Source: a virus (lineage: Duplodnaviria > Caudoviricetes). From it: a stretch of 64,000 nucleotides of DNA. Every line of letters begins with the position of its first letter. The stretch's first letter is position 1. The stretch covers positions 2,465-66,464 of the IMG/VR virus record IMGVR_UViG_3300020048_000128; one strand, written 5' to 3'. Positions 1-9,824 of the stretch are shown piece by piece. The notes below the pieces were generated by a model. That model was not told where the DNA came from and ran no database searches. It saw only the letters and a program-made list of their open reading frames with translations. The position numbers and the translations under genes were made by a program.

Positions 1-1
1 A

Positions 2-1090
2 AATAATTGGTGCCCTGAAGTTTATAGATCAGTGTTCATTGATAGGTACAACGATGATCAAATTCAAGTAGCTCCTTGTTGTCAAGCTCAGAAAGCAATC
101 GAGGCTGTAGAGAATTTTGATTTTAAAACCAGCCCACATTTACAGCAAATTCGGCATCAGTTTGATCAAGGACAACGAGCACCAGAATGCCATCGTTGTT
201 GGGAGGCTGAAGATCTTGGACAATACAGTAGAAGACAAGGTGCAATAAAATTCTTTAATCTGCCATCTAAGGACGCCACGGTAGTGCTCGAAGCTATTGA
301 CTACAGCGCTACCTGGGCATGTAATCTTGCTTGTGTGATGTGCAATCCTAGTTTTAGTAGTACCTGGGCAAAAGAGCTAGAATTGTCTGCTGCAGATTTA
401 AAATTGATTGGGCGTAAATTTCAAAAGACAAACAAAATTCAAAACGCACTTGACTTGAGTTTTATTAAAAAGTTGCACTTCAATGGCGGAGAACCGTTGC
501 TCAACAATGATCAATTTGATCTATTAGATCACATGGATTTATCAAACACAGTTATCAGTTACAACACCAATGGTACTATATGGCCCAGTGATCGACTGAT
601 TGATCTGTGGAAGCAGGCAAAGTTGATAAAATTGTTTTTTAGCATTGATGCGATAGGTGAACAATTTGAATACATTCGTTATCCTGCAAAGTGGGCAGAA
701 GTAAGCGAGAATTTGATAAAGATGAAGAACGAGCTTCCTGGGAATGTTATGTTTGCTTTCAATAGCACAGTTGGTAGTTACAATGCATTTGAAATCATAG
801 ATGTTTGGAAATGGTTTGATGAAAATTTATCAACAAATCGCGAGGGCGATCCATCAGACTTTTGTTGGCAATTAGCGTATAATTATGATATAGAAAGTTT
901 GACACTAGCAGCAAAACAAGACATCATAAATCAAGTATCCATGATTCCTGCTCTAAAAAGCCTTGCAAATTATATTAAATCAACATTGTCTGCCCCGGTA
1001 TCTAATAGTTGGCAGACCCGCTTGGGCAAATTAGATCAGCGTAGAGGCACTGATTGGAAATCTACCCTACAAATTGGAAAATATTATTAA
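2..1090 (+). CDS. Radical SAM protein with N-terminal Cys-rich SPASM/twitch-like domain (probably 5'-truncated by the window edge)
   Basis: CNLACVMC (CxxxCxxC) and HFNGGEP motifs; N-terminal PCC...CHRCW. The frame is open from base 2 (NNWCPEVYRSVFI), so the true start is probably upstream of the listed GTG at 32. Confidence 0.9.
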   Translation, partial: NNWCPEVYRSVFIDRYNDDQIQVAPCCQAQKAIEAVENFDFKTSPHLQQIRHQFDQGQRAPECHRCWEAEDLGQYSRRQGAIKFFNLPSKDATVVLEAIDYSATWACNLACVMCNPSFSSTWAKELELSAADLKLIGRKFQKTNKIQNALDLSFIKKLHFNGGEPLLNNDQFDLLDHMDLSNTVISYNTNGTIWPSDRLIDLWKQAKLIKLFFSIDAIGEQFEYIRYPAKWAEVSENLIKMKNELPGNVMFAFNSTVGSYNAFEIIDVWKWFDENLSTNREGDPSDFCWQLAYNYDIESLTLAAKQDIINQVSMIPALKSLANYIKSTLSAPVSNSWQTRLGKLDQRRGTDWKSTLQIGKYY

Positions 1091-2556
1091 TGTTAAAAGA
1101 CTATTCACCTGACGTACAACGACTATTTTTGGAGATGATGCTTCAAGACGCCACCAGTTATGTGCGTGTGCAGAACATTTACAATCCTGAGAACTTTGAT
1201 CGAAGTATTAGAGCTGCGGCAGAGTTTGTAAAACAACACAGTGCCGATCATGGTACCTTGCCCACGGCAACACAGATTGCAGCCACAACAGGTGTGAAAC
1301 TACAACACCTGGACGAGTTCAACGAAGGACATCAAGCTTGGTTCTTGGAGGAGTTTGAACAGTTTACCAAGCGCCAAGAACTAGAACGTGCTATTTTGAA
1401 AGCAGCAGACTTGCTGGAAAAGGGCGATTTTGATCCTGTAGAAAAACTAATCAAAGACGCTGTGCAGATCAGTCTAACCAAGGACATGGGCACTGACTAC
1501 TTTGCAGATCCTGCTGCTCGTATCAACAAGTACTTTAACTCGGGCGGACAAGTATCAACAGGATGGCCGCAGATGGATCGATTGTTGTATGGTGGATTCA
1601 GTCGCGGGGAACTAAACATCTTTGCAGGTGGATCAGGTTCAGGCAAAAGTCTTGTGATGATGAACATTGCGCTGAATTGGTTACAACAAGGACTAAGCGG
1701 AGTTTACATCAGTTTGGAATTGAGCGAAGAACTCACAAGTCTGAGAACAGATGCTATGTTGACCAGCATGAGCACCAAGGATATTCGCAAGGATATTGAA
1801 ACCACAACACTCAAGGTCAAGATGGTACAAAAGAAGTCAGGAGCATACCGTGTGAAAGGTTTACCTGCACAAAGCAACATCAACGACATTCGCAGTTACA
1901 TCAAGGAAGTGCAGATACAAACAGGCATCCGCGTGGACTTTATCATGGTGGACTACTTGGACTTGTTGATGCCGGTGAGTGCAAAAGTTAGTCCCAACGA
2001 CTTGTTTGTGAAAGACAAGTATGTTTCAGAAGAACTGCGTAACTTGGCCAAAGAGCTAGGCGTGCTCATGGTAACTGCATCGCAGTTGAATAGATCAGCT
2101 GTGGAAGAAATTGAATTTGATCACTCGCACATTAGTGGCGGTATCTCAAAGATCAACACAGCAGACAACGTGTTTGGTATTTTTACAAGTCGTGCCATGA
2201 AAGAGCGCGGCAAGTATCAAATCCAGTGTATGAAGAGTCGTAGTTCAACAGGTGTGGGACAAAAAATTGATCTTGAATACAACATTGACACAATGCGCAT
2301 TACGGATGAAGGTGGCGAGGACGGAGACTCAGGTGGCGGGTTTGCACGTAAACCCAACTCTAGCTTGATGGATTCTATCAAGGCCAAAGCCACAGTAAGT
2401 GGCGGCGAAGATACTAGTGCTCCGTGGGAAAGACCACAAGGCGGAACACACGTATGGGACAAGCCTGCTGCCCAAGCAGGTGATGCACCCCGAGTAACTG
2501 CTGATGTTCAAAGTGCAAAGCTCAAGCAGTTACTGGGCAAGATCAAAACAGGTTAA
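1090..2556 (+). CDS. dnaB: Replicative DNA helicase, DnaB/T4 gp41-like
   Basis: Walker A GGSGSGKS, ISLELSE, Walker B IMVDYLDL, TASQLNR; ATG at 1090 overlaps the upstream TAA. Confidence 0.93.
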   Translation: MLKDYSPDVQRLFLEMMLQDATSYVRVQNIYNPENFDRSIRAAAEFVKQHSADHGTLPTATQIAATTGVKLQHLDEFNEGHQAWFLEEFEQFTKRQELERAILKAADLLEKGDFDPVEKLIKDAVQISLTKDMGTDYFADPAARINKYFNSGGQVSTGWPQMDRLLYGGFSRGELNIFAGGSGSGKSLVMMNIALNWLQQGLSGVYISLELSEELTSLRTDAMLTSMSTKDIRKDIETTTLKVKMVQKKSGAYRVKGLPAQSNINDIRSYIKEVQIQTGIRVDFIMVDYLDLLMPVSAKVSPNDLFVKDKYVSEELRNLAKELGVLMVTASQLNRSAVEEIEFDHSHISGGISKINTADNVFGIFTSRAMKERGKYQIQCMKSRSSTGVGQKIDLEYNIDTMRITDEGGEDGDSGGGFARKPNSSLMDSIKAKATVSGGEDTSAPWERPQGGTHVWDKPAAQAGDAPRVTADVQSAKLKQLLGKIKTG

Positions 2557-3752
2557 GTAACGCTGCCGCGGATCACTGCATAACGCAACACAATGGCTTC
2601 ACTAAGCGAGCCGCCAGTTACGTTACGCACAGTGACCGTGGCACTACCTGTAGTACAATTGGCATCTAAGTTATATGTGCCCGGAGTAGCAACACCGCCT
2701 ACAATATTCAACAGTAACAGATCACGAGCACCGATAGTTGAGTTGGTCAGCGTAAAACTCACACTGGTGTCTCCTCCTAGTGCAGTGTTTTGCATTGTAA
2801 TTTCGCCACTGGGCTTGTTCAGTATAACTGTTCCACCTTTGTTGCCGGACTGTCCAATAGTGCCGCCTGCGCCGGCAGTGTATCCAACTGTGCCACTGCT
2901 GTTTAAAACAATATTCCCGCTGGAGACCACATTGCCACTAGCCGTAGCTGTTACAAAAGACACTGCGGTGGTAGAAATGTTGCCACTTGCTATGTTGCCT
3001 GTTACTGAAAGATTACCTGCAATGTTGCCGCTGAATGCAGTGACACCGCCCACGTTCAAATTGCCCCCGATACCAACTCCGCCTGTTACTACCACAGCAC
3101 CTGTGGTAGTACTGGTACTCACAGTGGTGTTGGTAAATTTTATTGGAGCAGGAATTATACCCGGAGCACGACTATCATCGAATATCCAGATGTCTGTGCC
3201 GCTATTAATAGTAACAAATTCAAAAGCATAATTGCCCACCGCATTGAATGTAATGATGTTTGATACGCCGGGTACCCCCGGCGATACTCCGCCAATGGTA
3301 CTAATACCTTGTGTTACTGTAGCTGGCACAGTTAGTGTTTGTGACACGTTTGTGACGTTGAACCCAACCCTAACTGTGCCAGCACTACCGGCCACAGGCC
3401 AATTGATAAAGTTTAGGCTAACAGGCCCGCTAGGATTGATTTGCTGAAATCCAGCTGCTGAGTAATCAATATCAATACTGCCAGCAGTGGCTACAATGGG
3501 CAAATAGGTGTAACTAACATCATTTAATTTGACGTCTGTAATAACGCCACCATTCATGTTGTTGTCAAGTGTAGTTCCTGTGAGTGCAGCTTTGAGTACT
3601 ACCTTGCTTTGCAGATCTGAAATTTCGTCAGCAGCAAATTGCAGATTGGTCTTGGTATTGGTAAAGTTATCGCGCATGCCCTGCGTGTTATTGGGTTGTC
3701 CGGCAACTGGATAGTTGCCGTCAATGTTGTTGGGGTTGATTTGACTGGTCAT
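2553..3752 (-). CDS. Virion structural / tail-fibre-like protein
   Basis: G/T/S/N-rich beta-type sequence; GAVVVTGGVGIGGNL repeat typical of phage fibres; TAAATA late promoter upstream. Confidence 0.6.
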   Translation of the reverse strand: MTSQINPNNIDGNYPVAGQPNNTQGMRDNFTNTKTNLQFAADEISDLQSKVVLKAALTGTTLDNNMNGGVITDVKLNDVSYTYLPIVATAGSIDIDYSAAGFQQINPSGPVSLNFINWPVAGSAGTVRVGFNVTNVSQTLTVPATVTQGISTIGGVSPGVPGVSNIITFNAVGNYAFEFVTINSGTDIWIFDDSRAPGIIPAPIKFTNTTVSTSTTTGAVVVTGGVGIGGNLNVGGVTAFSGNIAGNLSVTGNIASGNISTTAVSFVTATASGNVVSSGNIVLNSSGTVGYTAGAGGTIGQSGNKGGTVILNKPSGEITMQNTALGGDTSVSFTLTNSTIGARDLLLLNIVGGVATPGTYNLDANCTTGSATVTVRNVTGGSLSEAIVLRYAVIRGSVT

Positions 3753-3787
3753 CGGTTGTTCCTTGTGCGTCAGTGCGCTATAATAGA

Positions 3788-3817
3788 TATTTATTGTTGC
3801 CTTGAAATCACTAAATA
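3788..3817. promoter_or_regulatory. Divergent pair of T4-like late promoters (TAAATA)
   Basis: TATTTA at 3788-3793 (minus-strand TAAATA) and TAAATA at 3812-3817, between divergent genes. Confidence 0.65.
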
Positions 3818-3835
3818 ATACAAAGGCGCTAGACC

Positions 3836-4084
3836 ATGCAAAAAAAGACTCGCAGTCTATTAGAAGAACTTGACTCGCTGTATATTGAGCGTGATCGCCG
3901 TTTGTTGATTGAGAATCGTGCGGCCAATGTTATTACAACAGCTATACGCTTGATTGAACAAATTGAAGCAGAATACTCGGCCGAGCAAGCTGAAAATCTT
4001 ACTCGTAAATTGCTGAATGCAATACGTACCAAGGACTCGGGCAAATTTTCCAGATCAGTAAAGAGAACACATGCAGATACATGA
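3836..4084 (+). CDS. Hypothetical phage protein
   Basis: 82-aa ORF after a TAAATA, overlapping the next gene. Confidence 0.7.
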   Translation: MQKKTRSLLEELDSLYIERDRRLLIENRAANVITTAIRLIEQIEAEYSAEQAENLTRKLLNAIRTKDSGKFSRSVKRTHADT

Positions 4085-4817
4085 AATATTCAATCGCAAA
4101 CCAACAAACGAAGGTGTTCTAGGACAACTTGCAAGTACCGTTAGCCAAAAGGTTCTTGGCACAGATGTGTTTGACAAGACTGGCCAGGATCTGGCTGGCG
4201 GCCCAGAAGCTGAGCAACGTGCTCGTGCTGCATCCAAAAGCATGATTGCAACTCAAGCAGCAACCAATCAAAAGTTATGGAATCAAGGAATTGCTGCCAT
4301 GATGCAAAAGGCAGGGGCCGGATCTGCAGAACAACTTGATTCTGTAGCTCGGCAAAGCTTGGTTATAAACTTGACCAATCAACTGCACAAAAACTTCTTG
4401 CAGGACAAAATCAAAGATTACAAACAACTAGGTACTGTAACGGAGATTCCTAAACCCCCATCACAAACGCCGCCTGCTACCGAAGTGGTGCCAGAGATCC
4501 AAGCAGCAATGGATCAAATTGCTTCACTAAGAAACATAAACAATCCGCAAGCCAGCACAGCTGATTGGCTAAAACTTGCTACCGCAGCATACGATGCCAT
4601 GGCTTTGCTGCAATTTCATCCCAAAAGCGGCATTGCAGCACAAACTGGTAAAATAGTATCAGATCCAAGAACAGATGCTGCACTAAAAGCAATCGGAATG
4701 GATGCAGAAGCACTAGTTAAACTCAATGCTGTGATAAAGCAAAGTGGCGGAACAAAAGTCAATGCTACTGGTAATCCCACAATTGATGGAATATTGAAAG
4801 CAGCAAAACTATTATGA
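4071..4817 (+). CDS. Hypothetical protein, possible capsid-internal protein
   Basis: 248-aa ORF, N-terminal MQIHEI motif, translationally coupled. Confidence 0.7.
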   Translation: MQIHEIFNRKPTNEGVLGQLASTVSQKVLGTDVFDKTGQDLAGGPEAEQRARAASKSMIATQAATNQKLWNQGIAAMMQKAGAGSAEQLDSVARQSLVINLTNQLHKNFLQDKIKDYKQLGTVTEIPKPPSQTPPATEVVPEIQAAMDQIASLRNINNPQASTADWLKLATAAYDAMALLQFHPKSGIAAQTGKIVSDPRTDAALKAIGMDAEALVKLNAVIKQSGGTKVNATGNPTIDGILKAAKLL

Positions 4818-6748
4818 AATTACTCGAAGGCGGCAACGTATTCAAAGATGCGCAAGGACAACCGCTGACACAGCGTATCAACCAAGCTGATGTATCTGCC
4901 ACGATACAGTGGCTAGAATCAGTCTTGGGATTAGACTTAACAGGAGAAAAAGATCCTGCAACAGGTTATCCTATGCGTTGGTTGGGCAGCACTGGCAAAA
5001 AACCCACATCAGGTGACTTGGACATTGCTATTGATTTAAGCGAAGTCACCAAGGATGAAATAGCCAACAAACTATCACAGTTTGTGACCAGTCAAAAGTT
5101 AGACCCGCGTGAATGGGTGCGCAAGGGTGGCGAAGTGCATTTTAAAACACCCATTGCTGGTGATGCCAACAAGGGTTATGTACAAACGGACTTTATGTTT
5201 TTTCCTAATTTAGATTGGGGACAATTCTTTTATGGCGGTGGCACCGACTCTGAATACAAGGGTGTGAACCGCAACGTGCTTATGAGCAGCATTGCGAAGA
5301 AACTGGGCGTCAAAGTAGGTGCAAATGGCATGTTGAGTCGCGCTACCAATCAGTTATTGCCAAATGGTCAGGATCCTGACTACGTAGCACAAGTACTGCT
5401 AGGACCACAAGCCACTCGTGCTGGCCTTAAAAACGTAGAATCAATTTATGCTGCCTTGGCTCGAGATCCCGATCGTGATGCCAAGCTGATTGATTTCCGT
5501 GAATATCTCCAACGCGAGGGGCTCAGAGAACCTGCTGCACCTGTGGCTGAAAATGATGTGGGTTTCCTGGCAAGACTCCGTGACCGTATTGTTAATCAAG
5601 GCATGATGCCCTTGGTAGAAGCTCCAGCATCAGTACAAATGATAGGTGAAGCTGCTGCGGCAGGAGTTGGCGGCAGAGCCAAAGGTATCGAACACCTGGA
5701 GGATCTAGTGTTCCGTGCCGGCGCACCAGGTATCAAACAAGCATTAGAAATCGTTAAACAATCTGCTGAACAACCTAGTACAGTAACAGCCAAATGGGAC
5801 GGAAAGCCTGCTGTGATCTTCGGGCGCAAGCCTGCCACAGGTGAGTTTGTGCTTACAGATGGTTCAGGCTTTGAAGCCAAAGGCTACGATGGTCTTGCTA
5901 CCAGTCCTAGAATGATGGCAGATATTCAAAGCAAGAGATCAGGCGACAGAACTGAATTGATTCAGCTGTATGCAACTTTGTTCCCTATTCTGGAAGCAGC
6001 CCTGCCACCAAACTTTCGTGGTTATGTCAAAGGTGATTTGCTGTACATGCAACAACCTCCTGTGGTTGCTGGCAACTATGTGTTCAAGCCCAACACAATT
6101 GAATATCGCATTCCTGTAAAAAGCTCAATGGGACAACGCATTGCCAACAGCAATATTGGCATTGCCATCCACTCGATGTATGCTGATACAGGAGAGCCTC
6201 GCCAACCACTAAGTGGAGTGCGATTCAATGACGTGCCTGGACTGATGCTGGAACGGCCAGCTACTCCTAAAACACTAGAGCCTGACTCGGCTATTGTAAA
6301 GCAGCTGAATCAGATTGTACGAACTCAAGGTGCAAACATGCAGACCTTGTTCAACCCTGTGGAACTGCGAGCTCAGCAGGTCACAGACCTATTCAAGTTG
6401 GCAGTGGACTTTGTAAACACCAAGGTTGGTGCGCCATTGGAACCTGCCAATCAGTTAGTGGTGGAGTTTGGTGAATGGCTGCAGGGGCGAGTAACTCCTA
6501 GAAAGTTTGCCAACATTGTGGAATACTTGAACAGCCCAAGCAGCAATACTGAAGCACTAGGCGCTGCATTTCTAGCATTTGAGCTGCTGCATGCACTCAA
6601 GATGCAGTTGAAAGGACAAGCCGATGTGGCCAACCCTGGGGGCGAAGGCTGGGTAATGGCTACTCCTGCTGGCTACAGCAAGCTAGTTAGTAGATTCGAT
6701 CCGTCTGCATTTGCTGCACAAAACCGTGCTCAAAACAATCCCAAATAA
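4814..6748 (+). CDS. Fusion of pol-beta-type nucleotidyltransferase and ligase-like (KxDG) nucleotidyltransferase domain
   Basis: N-terminal LGSTGKKPTSGDLDIAID (GS...DxD) and VQTDF; C-terminal EHLED, KWDG, KGDLLY, EGWV...KLV resembling ligase motifs I/III/IV/V. Confidence 0.65.
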   Translation: MKLLEGGNVFKDAQGQPLTQRINQADVSATIQWLESVLGLDLTGEKDPATGYPMRWLGSTGKKPTSGDLDIAIDLSEVTKDEIANKLSQFVTSQKLDPREWVRKGGEVHFKTPIAGDANKGYVQTDFMFFPNLDWGQFFYGGGTDSEYKGVNRNVLMSSIAKKLGVKVGANGMLSRATNQLLPNGQDPDYVAQVLLGPQATRAGLKNVESIYAALARDPDRDAKLIDFREYLQREGLREPAAPVAENDVGFLARLRDRIVNQGMMPLVEAPASVQMIGEAAAAGVGGRAKGIEHLEDLVFRAGAPGIKQALEIVKQSAEQPSTVTAKWDGKPAVIFGRKPATGEFVLTDGSGFEAKGYDGLATSPRMMADIQSKRSGDRTELIQLYATLFPILEAALPPNFRGYVKGDLLYMQQPPVVAGNYVFKPNTIEYRIPVKSSMGQRIANSNIGIAIHSMYADTGEPRQPLSGVRFNDVPGLMLERPATPKTLEPDSAIVKQLNQIVRTQGANMQTLFNPVELRAQQVTDLFKLAVDFVNTKVGAPLEPANQLVVEFGEWLQGRVTPRKFANIVEYLNSPSSNTEALGAAFLAFELLHALKMQLKGQADVANPGGEGWVMATPAGYSKLVSRFDPSAFAAQNRAQNNPK

Positions 6749-6768
6749 GTGTTTTTTTGTTGACATGG

Positions 6769-6774
6769 TAAATA
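6769..6774 (+). promoter_or_regulatory. Late promoter TAAATA
   Basis: TAAATA followed by a leader hairpin (GGAAC/GTTCC) and an AAGGA RBS before the ORF at 6819. Confidence 0.6.
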
Positions 6775-6818
6775 AGTGCAGGAACAAAGAGTTCCACATA
6801 ACTTAAAGGAAATATATC

Positions 6819-7262
6819 ATGGCAATCTTTACAAAAGTAAACGGCACAACACAACCAGTATTCGCAATGGATGTGGCCAACGGTTCTATCGCTGGTACAG
6901 CAAACATCTCCGCTCAAGGTCCAGTTAATTTGGCTGGTCCTAAGCTGGAGTTCTACAGCTTGGTAGCTAACGCTGCTATCGGTACTGGTGGTAACGTTAA
7001 TGGTTTCATTAACAACACTATCCAAGCTCTGCAAAGTGGTGCTGGCATTGTTGGTGGCGGCGCAGGTGGCACTATTGCTATCTACCAAGCTAGCCCAGCT
7101 GCTAACATCCTGAACTTCGCTATCTATCCAGCTGGCGCTTATGCTAACGCTGCACAAGTTCTGGCTGCTGCACAAACAGCCAATGCTACTGGTGGTTTAA
7201 CAACTACTGGTTGGGCAACTTGCGCTGCTAACGCTGTGTTTACAACAAGCCCATTGGTCTAA
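6819..7262 (+). CDS. Small Ala/Gly/Asn-rich virion protein
   Basis: 147 aa; strongly biased codons (gct, ggt, aac) suggesting high expression; own late promoter and terminator. Confidence 0.65.
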   Translation: MAIFTKVNGTTQPVFAMDVANGSIAGTANISAQGPVNLAGPKLEFYSLVANAAIGTGGNVNGFINNTIQALQSGAGIVGGGAGGTIAIYQASPAANILNFAIYPAGAYANAAQVLAAAQTANATGGLTTTGWATCAANAVFTTSPLV

Positions 7263-7284
7263 TCAACTAACCGGCTCAGCACAG

Positions 7285-7316
7285 ACCCTGGAATTAAAAA
7301 CTCCAGGGTTTTTCTT
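7285..7316 (+). terminator. Rho-independent terminator
   Basis: ACCCTGGA...TCCAGGGT stem followed by a T-run. Confidence 0.8.
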
Positions 7317-7336
7317 TGGCCTTAAATACGCATAGA

Positions 7337-7768
7337 ATGAAAATACTGTGCAGAACCCTATTTGATTGCAGCCGAACTGGCATCACTGGAAATTTTCGCT
7401 CAGCTGAACTTCCTTTTAAAGATCGTGCCGATCAAGATATCCGTAGTCAACAAGACTGGAACCGGTCACGCAATCAACAACGCAATTATGAAACGTTAAC
7501 ACAGATATTTGGCCTGCGCACTCAGCCGCTAAACATCACTCTTCCTATTAAAATCAGTGGCTCTTGGCAATTTGAATTTGATAGTGAAAGTGAAGGTGTG
7601 TTTGATGTGTATGGAGATGTTGATCCTTTAGCTGGTTTAAAATTAGATTGTGACGGGGTACCAATGGTGTTAAATCTAAATGAGCAGTTGGGGGTTGAGC
7701 CAACAATACGTACCCAAGGGCCGCAGCAAAACATTTGGTTCGAAACCATAAATACTCTACTGGAATAA
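7337..7768 (+). CDS. Hypothetical phage protein
   Basis: ORF after TAAATA at 7323-7328. Confidence 0.7.
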   Translation: MKILCRTLFDCSRTGITGNFRSAELPFKDRADQDIRSQQDWNRSRNQQRNYETLTQIFGLRTQPLNITLPIKISGSWQFEFDSESEGVFDVYGDVDPLAGLKLDCDGVPMVLNLNEQLGVEPTIRTQGPQQNIWFETINTLLE

Positions 7769-7772
7769 TAAA

Positions 7773-8036
7773 ATGGACCCAACTGATATCGAAAAGAAAA
7801 GCCTCGAAGCCCACGTTGAACTGTGTGCGCAGCGCTATCAATTTCTGGAAACAAAGCTAGACATTCTCGAATCTACTTTGGTTGCTCAAGCCAAAATGAT
7901 TAGCGAAGTACACGATATAGTACATGCTATGTCAAGCAAACGCAATGATCAATTGATTGCGTGGGGCCTGGGGATTATTGGTACTATGGGTGCTGCAATT
8001 GCTTGGCTCACAGTACAGTATCTTGGCAAATTATGA
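7773..8036 (+). CDS. Coiled-coil protein with C-terminal transmembrane helix (holin-like/hemolysin XhlA-like)
   Basis: Heptad region, then LIAWGLGIIGTMGAAIAWLTV; TAAATA at 7749-7754. Confidence 0.55.
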   Translation: MDPTDIEKKSLEAHVELCAQRYQFLETKLDILESTLVAQAKMISEVHDIVHAMSSKRNDQLIAWGLGIIGTMGAAIAWLTVQYLGKL

Positions 8037-8494
8037 TTAACGAACGCAAAGTTGAACGTTGGGCGGAACATGAGCTGCAACGTAATATGGAAAAAATCAT
8101 TCTACCCGACGCTTGTGGCGGATATGTTGTATTTGGTCGATATCGAATTCATCCATTGGGCGCAGGATTTACAGTCAGCACTTGGTATCAAGATATACAC
8201 ACATTTGGCAGCAAACGTGCAGCAATGAGCTGGTGTGTTGCCGACAGCCAAAATCAATTCAAATTGGCCAATGAACTAATCAGTTTGGATCGCAAAGATC
8301 AACAACTCAGTGCCGATATATATTGCCGCCGCAATGTTGCTAATCGTGGACGTCACGAGAGCTTTTACGAAATAGTAAACATGAAGATCCAACCCAAGAT
8401 TGATGTTTATAACCAAGTACATTCTGAACTAGAAAAATGTATAAATCAGGCTAAATACCTGCAGATTAGAGGATTCTCAAATGAAACTGAATGA
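8033..8494 (+). CDS. Hypothetical phage protein
   Basis: Coupled ORF; ATG at 8033. Confidence 0.7.
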   Translation: MINERKVERWAEHELQRNMEKIILPDACGGYVVFGRYRIHPLGAGFTVSTWYQDIHTFGSKRAAMSWCVADSQNQFKLANELISLDRKDQQLSADIYCRRNVANRGRHESFYEIVNMKIQPKIDVYNQVHSELEKCINQAKYLQIRGFSNETE

Positions 8495-9410
8495 ACTCTC
8501 GGCTCCCAAGCCTAGTAAACAAATTGCCAAAGTATTCGAAAGTTATTTTGGTTCACGTGTTAGCTTTGACCAGCTAAATCGCCGCCAAACCGGATACATG
8601 CTCCAGCGTGTGCGTGGTATCCTTGGTGAGCATCGCAACAGCTCGGCTCGCCACTATAGCGAACAAAATCCTGACTATCTCAAGCTCATGATGATGGAAC
8701 AGGCCTTGGCCAGCCGCCTGAGTGAGATGATTCCGGTACCACCACCTGCTCCAGGCAACCAAGGTGGTAAGGCTCCGAGTGCTGGTGCCACAGGCGCTGC
8801 TGCTCCGGTTGATCCCAAGCTAACTGCTGCCCAAGACAAAATCAAGAAGGGTCAAACTCTTAATCCTGAAGAACAAAAGATGGTCAACGATAATGCTGCT
8901 GCTGTGACTGAAAACAGATTGCGCCGTGCATATCGCATGCTGAAGGAAAGCGAAGTTCAACAAGCTCAAGTTGTTCTTGCTGCTCAAGACATGGTTGACA
9001 AAATGCAAAGCATGTTGGAAGACGTGTCAAGCTTGCAATTCAAAGAACTGCCAGCTCTAGTTGACTCTATCAAGAACCAAGTAGGTATTGACCAAGCTAC
9101 ACAATTTAATACAGACGCTAGCGCTGCGTTAACTGGCCTGATGCAAAACTTGCAAGGCGCAAAGCAACAACTTGATGCTGCTCTTGGCGTTGTAACCGGT
9201 GCTACCCCTGCTGCTGTTCCGGGAGTAGATGCTGCTGCCGCTGGCGCAATGCCCGGAGCTGAAGCCGGAGCTGACTTAGGCGGCGAATTGGGCGCCGAAG
9301 CTGGTGCCGATTTAGGCGCTGAGTTGGGTGCAGAAACTGGTGCTGAGTTAGGTGCTGAACCAGCTGCTGCTCTTGGCTCCGCACAGTCCTTGGGCCGGGC
9401 ACGCAAGTAA
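8481..9410 (+). CDS. Hypothetical protein, scaffold/prohead-core-like, with acidic GAE repeats
   Basis: Coiled-coil middle; C-terminal 12-aa repeat GAEAGADLGxEL; several L/I-x-E sites. Confidence 0.55.
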   Translation: MKLNELSAPKPSKQIAKVFESYFGSRVSFDQLNRRQTGYMLQRVRGILGEHRNSSARHYSEQNPDYLKLMMMEQALASRLSEMIPVPPPAPGNQGGKAPSAGATGAAAPVDPKLTAAQDKIKKGQTLNPEEQKMVNDNAAAVTENRLRRAYRMLKESEVQQAQVVLAAQDMVDKMQSMLEDVSSLQFKELPALVDSIKNQVGIDQATQFNTDASAALTGLMQNLQGAKQQLDAALGVVTGATPAAVPGVDAAAAGAMPGAEAGADLGGELGAEAGADLGAELGAETGAELGAEPAAALGSAQSLGRARK

Positions 9411-9769
9411 TGCGAATCAACGAAGTAGATAATTCTGCAAACCCAAACCCTAGTGCTGATCAGCTCATGGGTTTGGTTTCGTTCTTGGACGGACGTTCGC
9501 AGGATACAAGTGCAAAAAAACAAATCAGTCAAGCTGCATTTATCAACATGGCCAACCAGTTGGGTATCCATATTACTTCACAGCAACTAGCTGATCTTAC
9601 TTTGTTACCGCCTCTCAGCAACGTGCTGGAACCACTCACACCTGGATCCACTGATCCTGTTGTTTACAAAGGTGGTGAACCAGAATCTGTTTCAATGCCT
9701 GTGAACAAAGCACAGGATATCGTGGCCAAAGCTGCCAAATCTGCTGCTCGAAAAGATCGCGGCATCTAA
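9410..9769 (+). CDS. Hypothetical phage protein
   Basis: 119-aa ORF starting MRINEV. Confidence 0.7.
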   Translation: MRINEVDNSANPNPSADQLMGLVSFLDGRSQDTSAKKQISQAAFINMANQLGIHITSQQLADLTLLPPLSNVLEPLTPGSTDPVVYKGGEPESVSMPVNKAQDIVAKAAKSAARKDRGI

Positions 9770-9824
9770 TCAAACTCATTGACTTTTTTGCGTAAATACC
9801 TTATTATACAGTAAGGACATTTAC

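Noticed and set aside
1-31. Late promoter at the window start (aaata)
   Set aside because: The reading frame of the radical SAM gene is open through this stretch, so it is probably coding.
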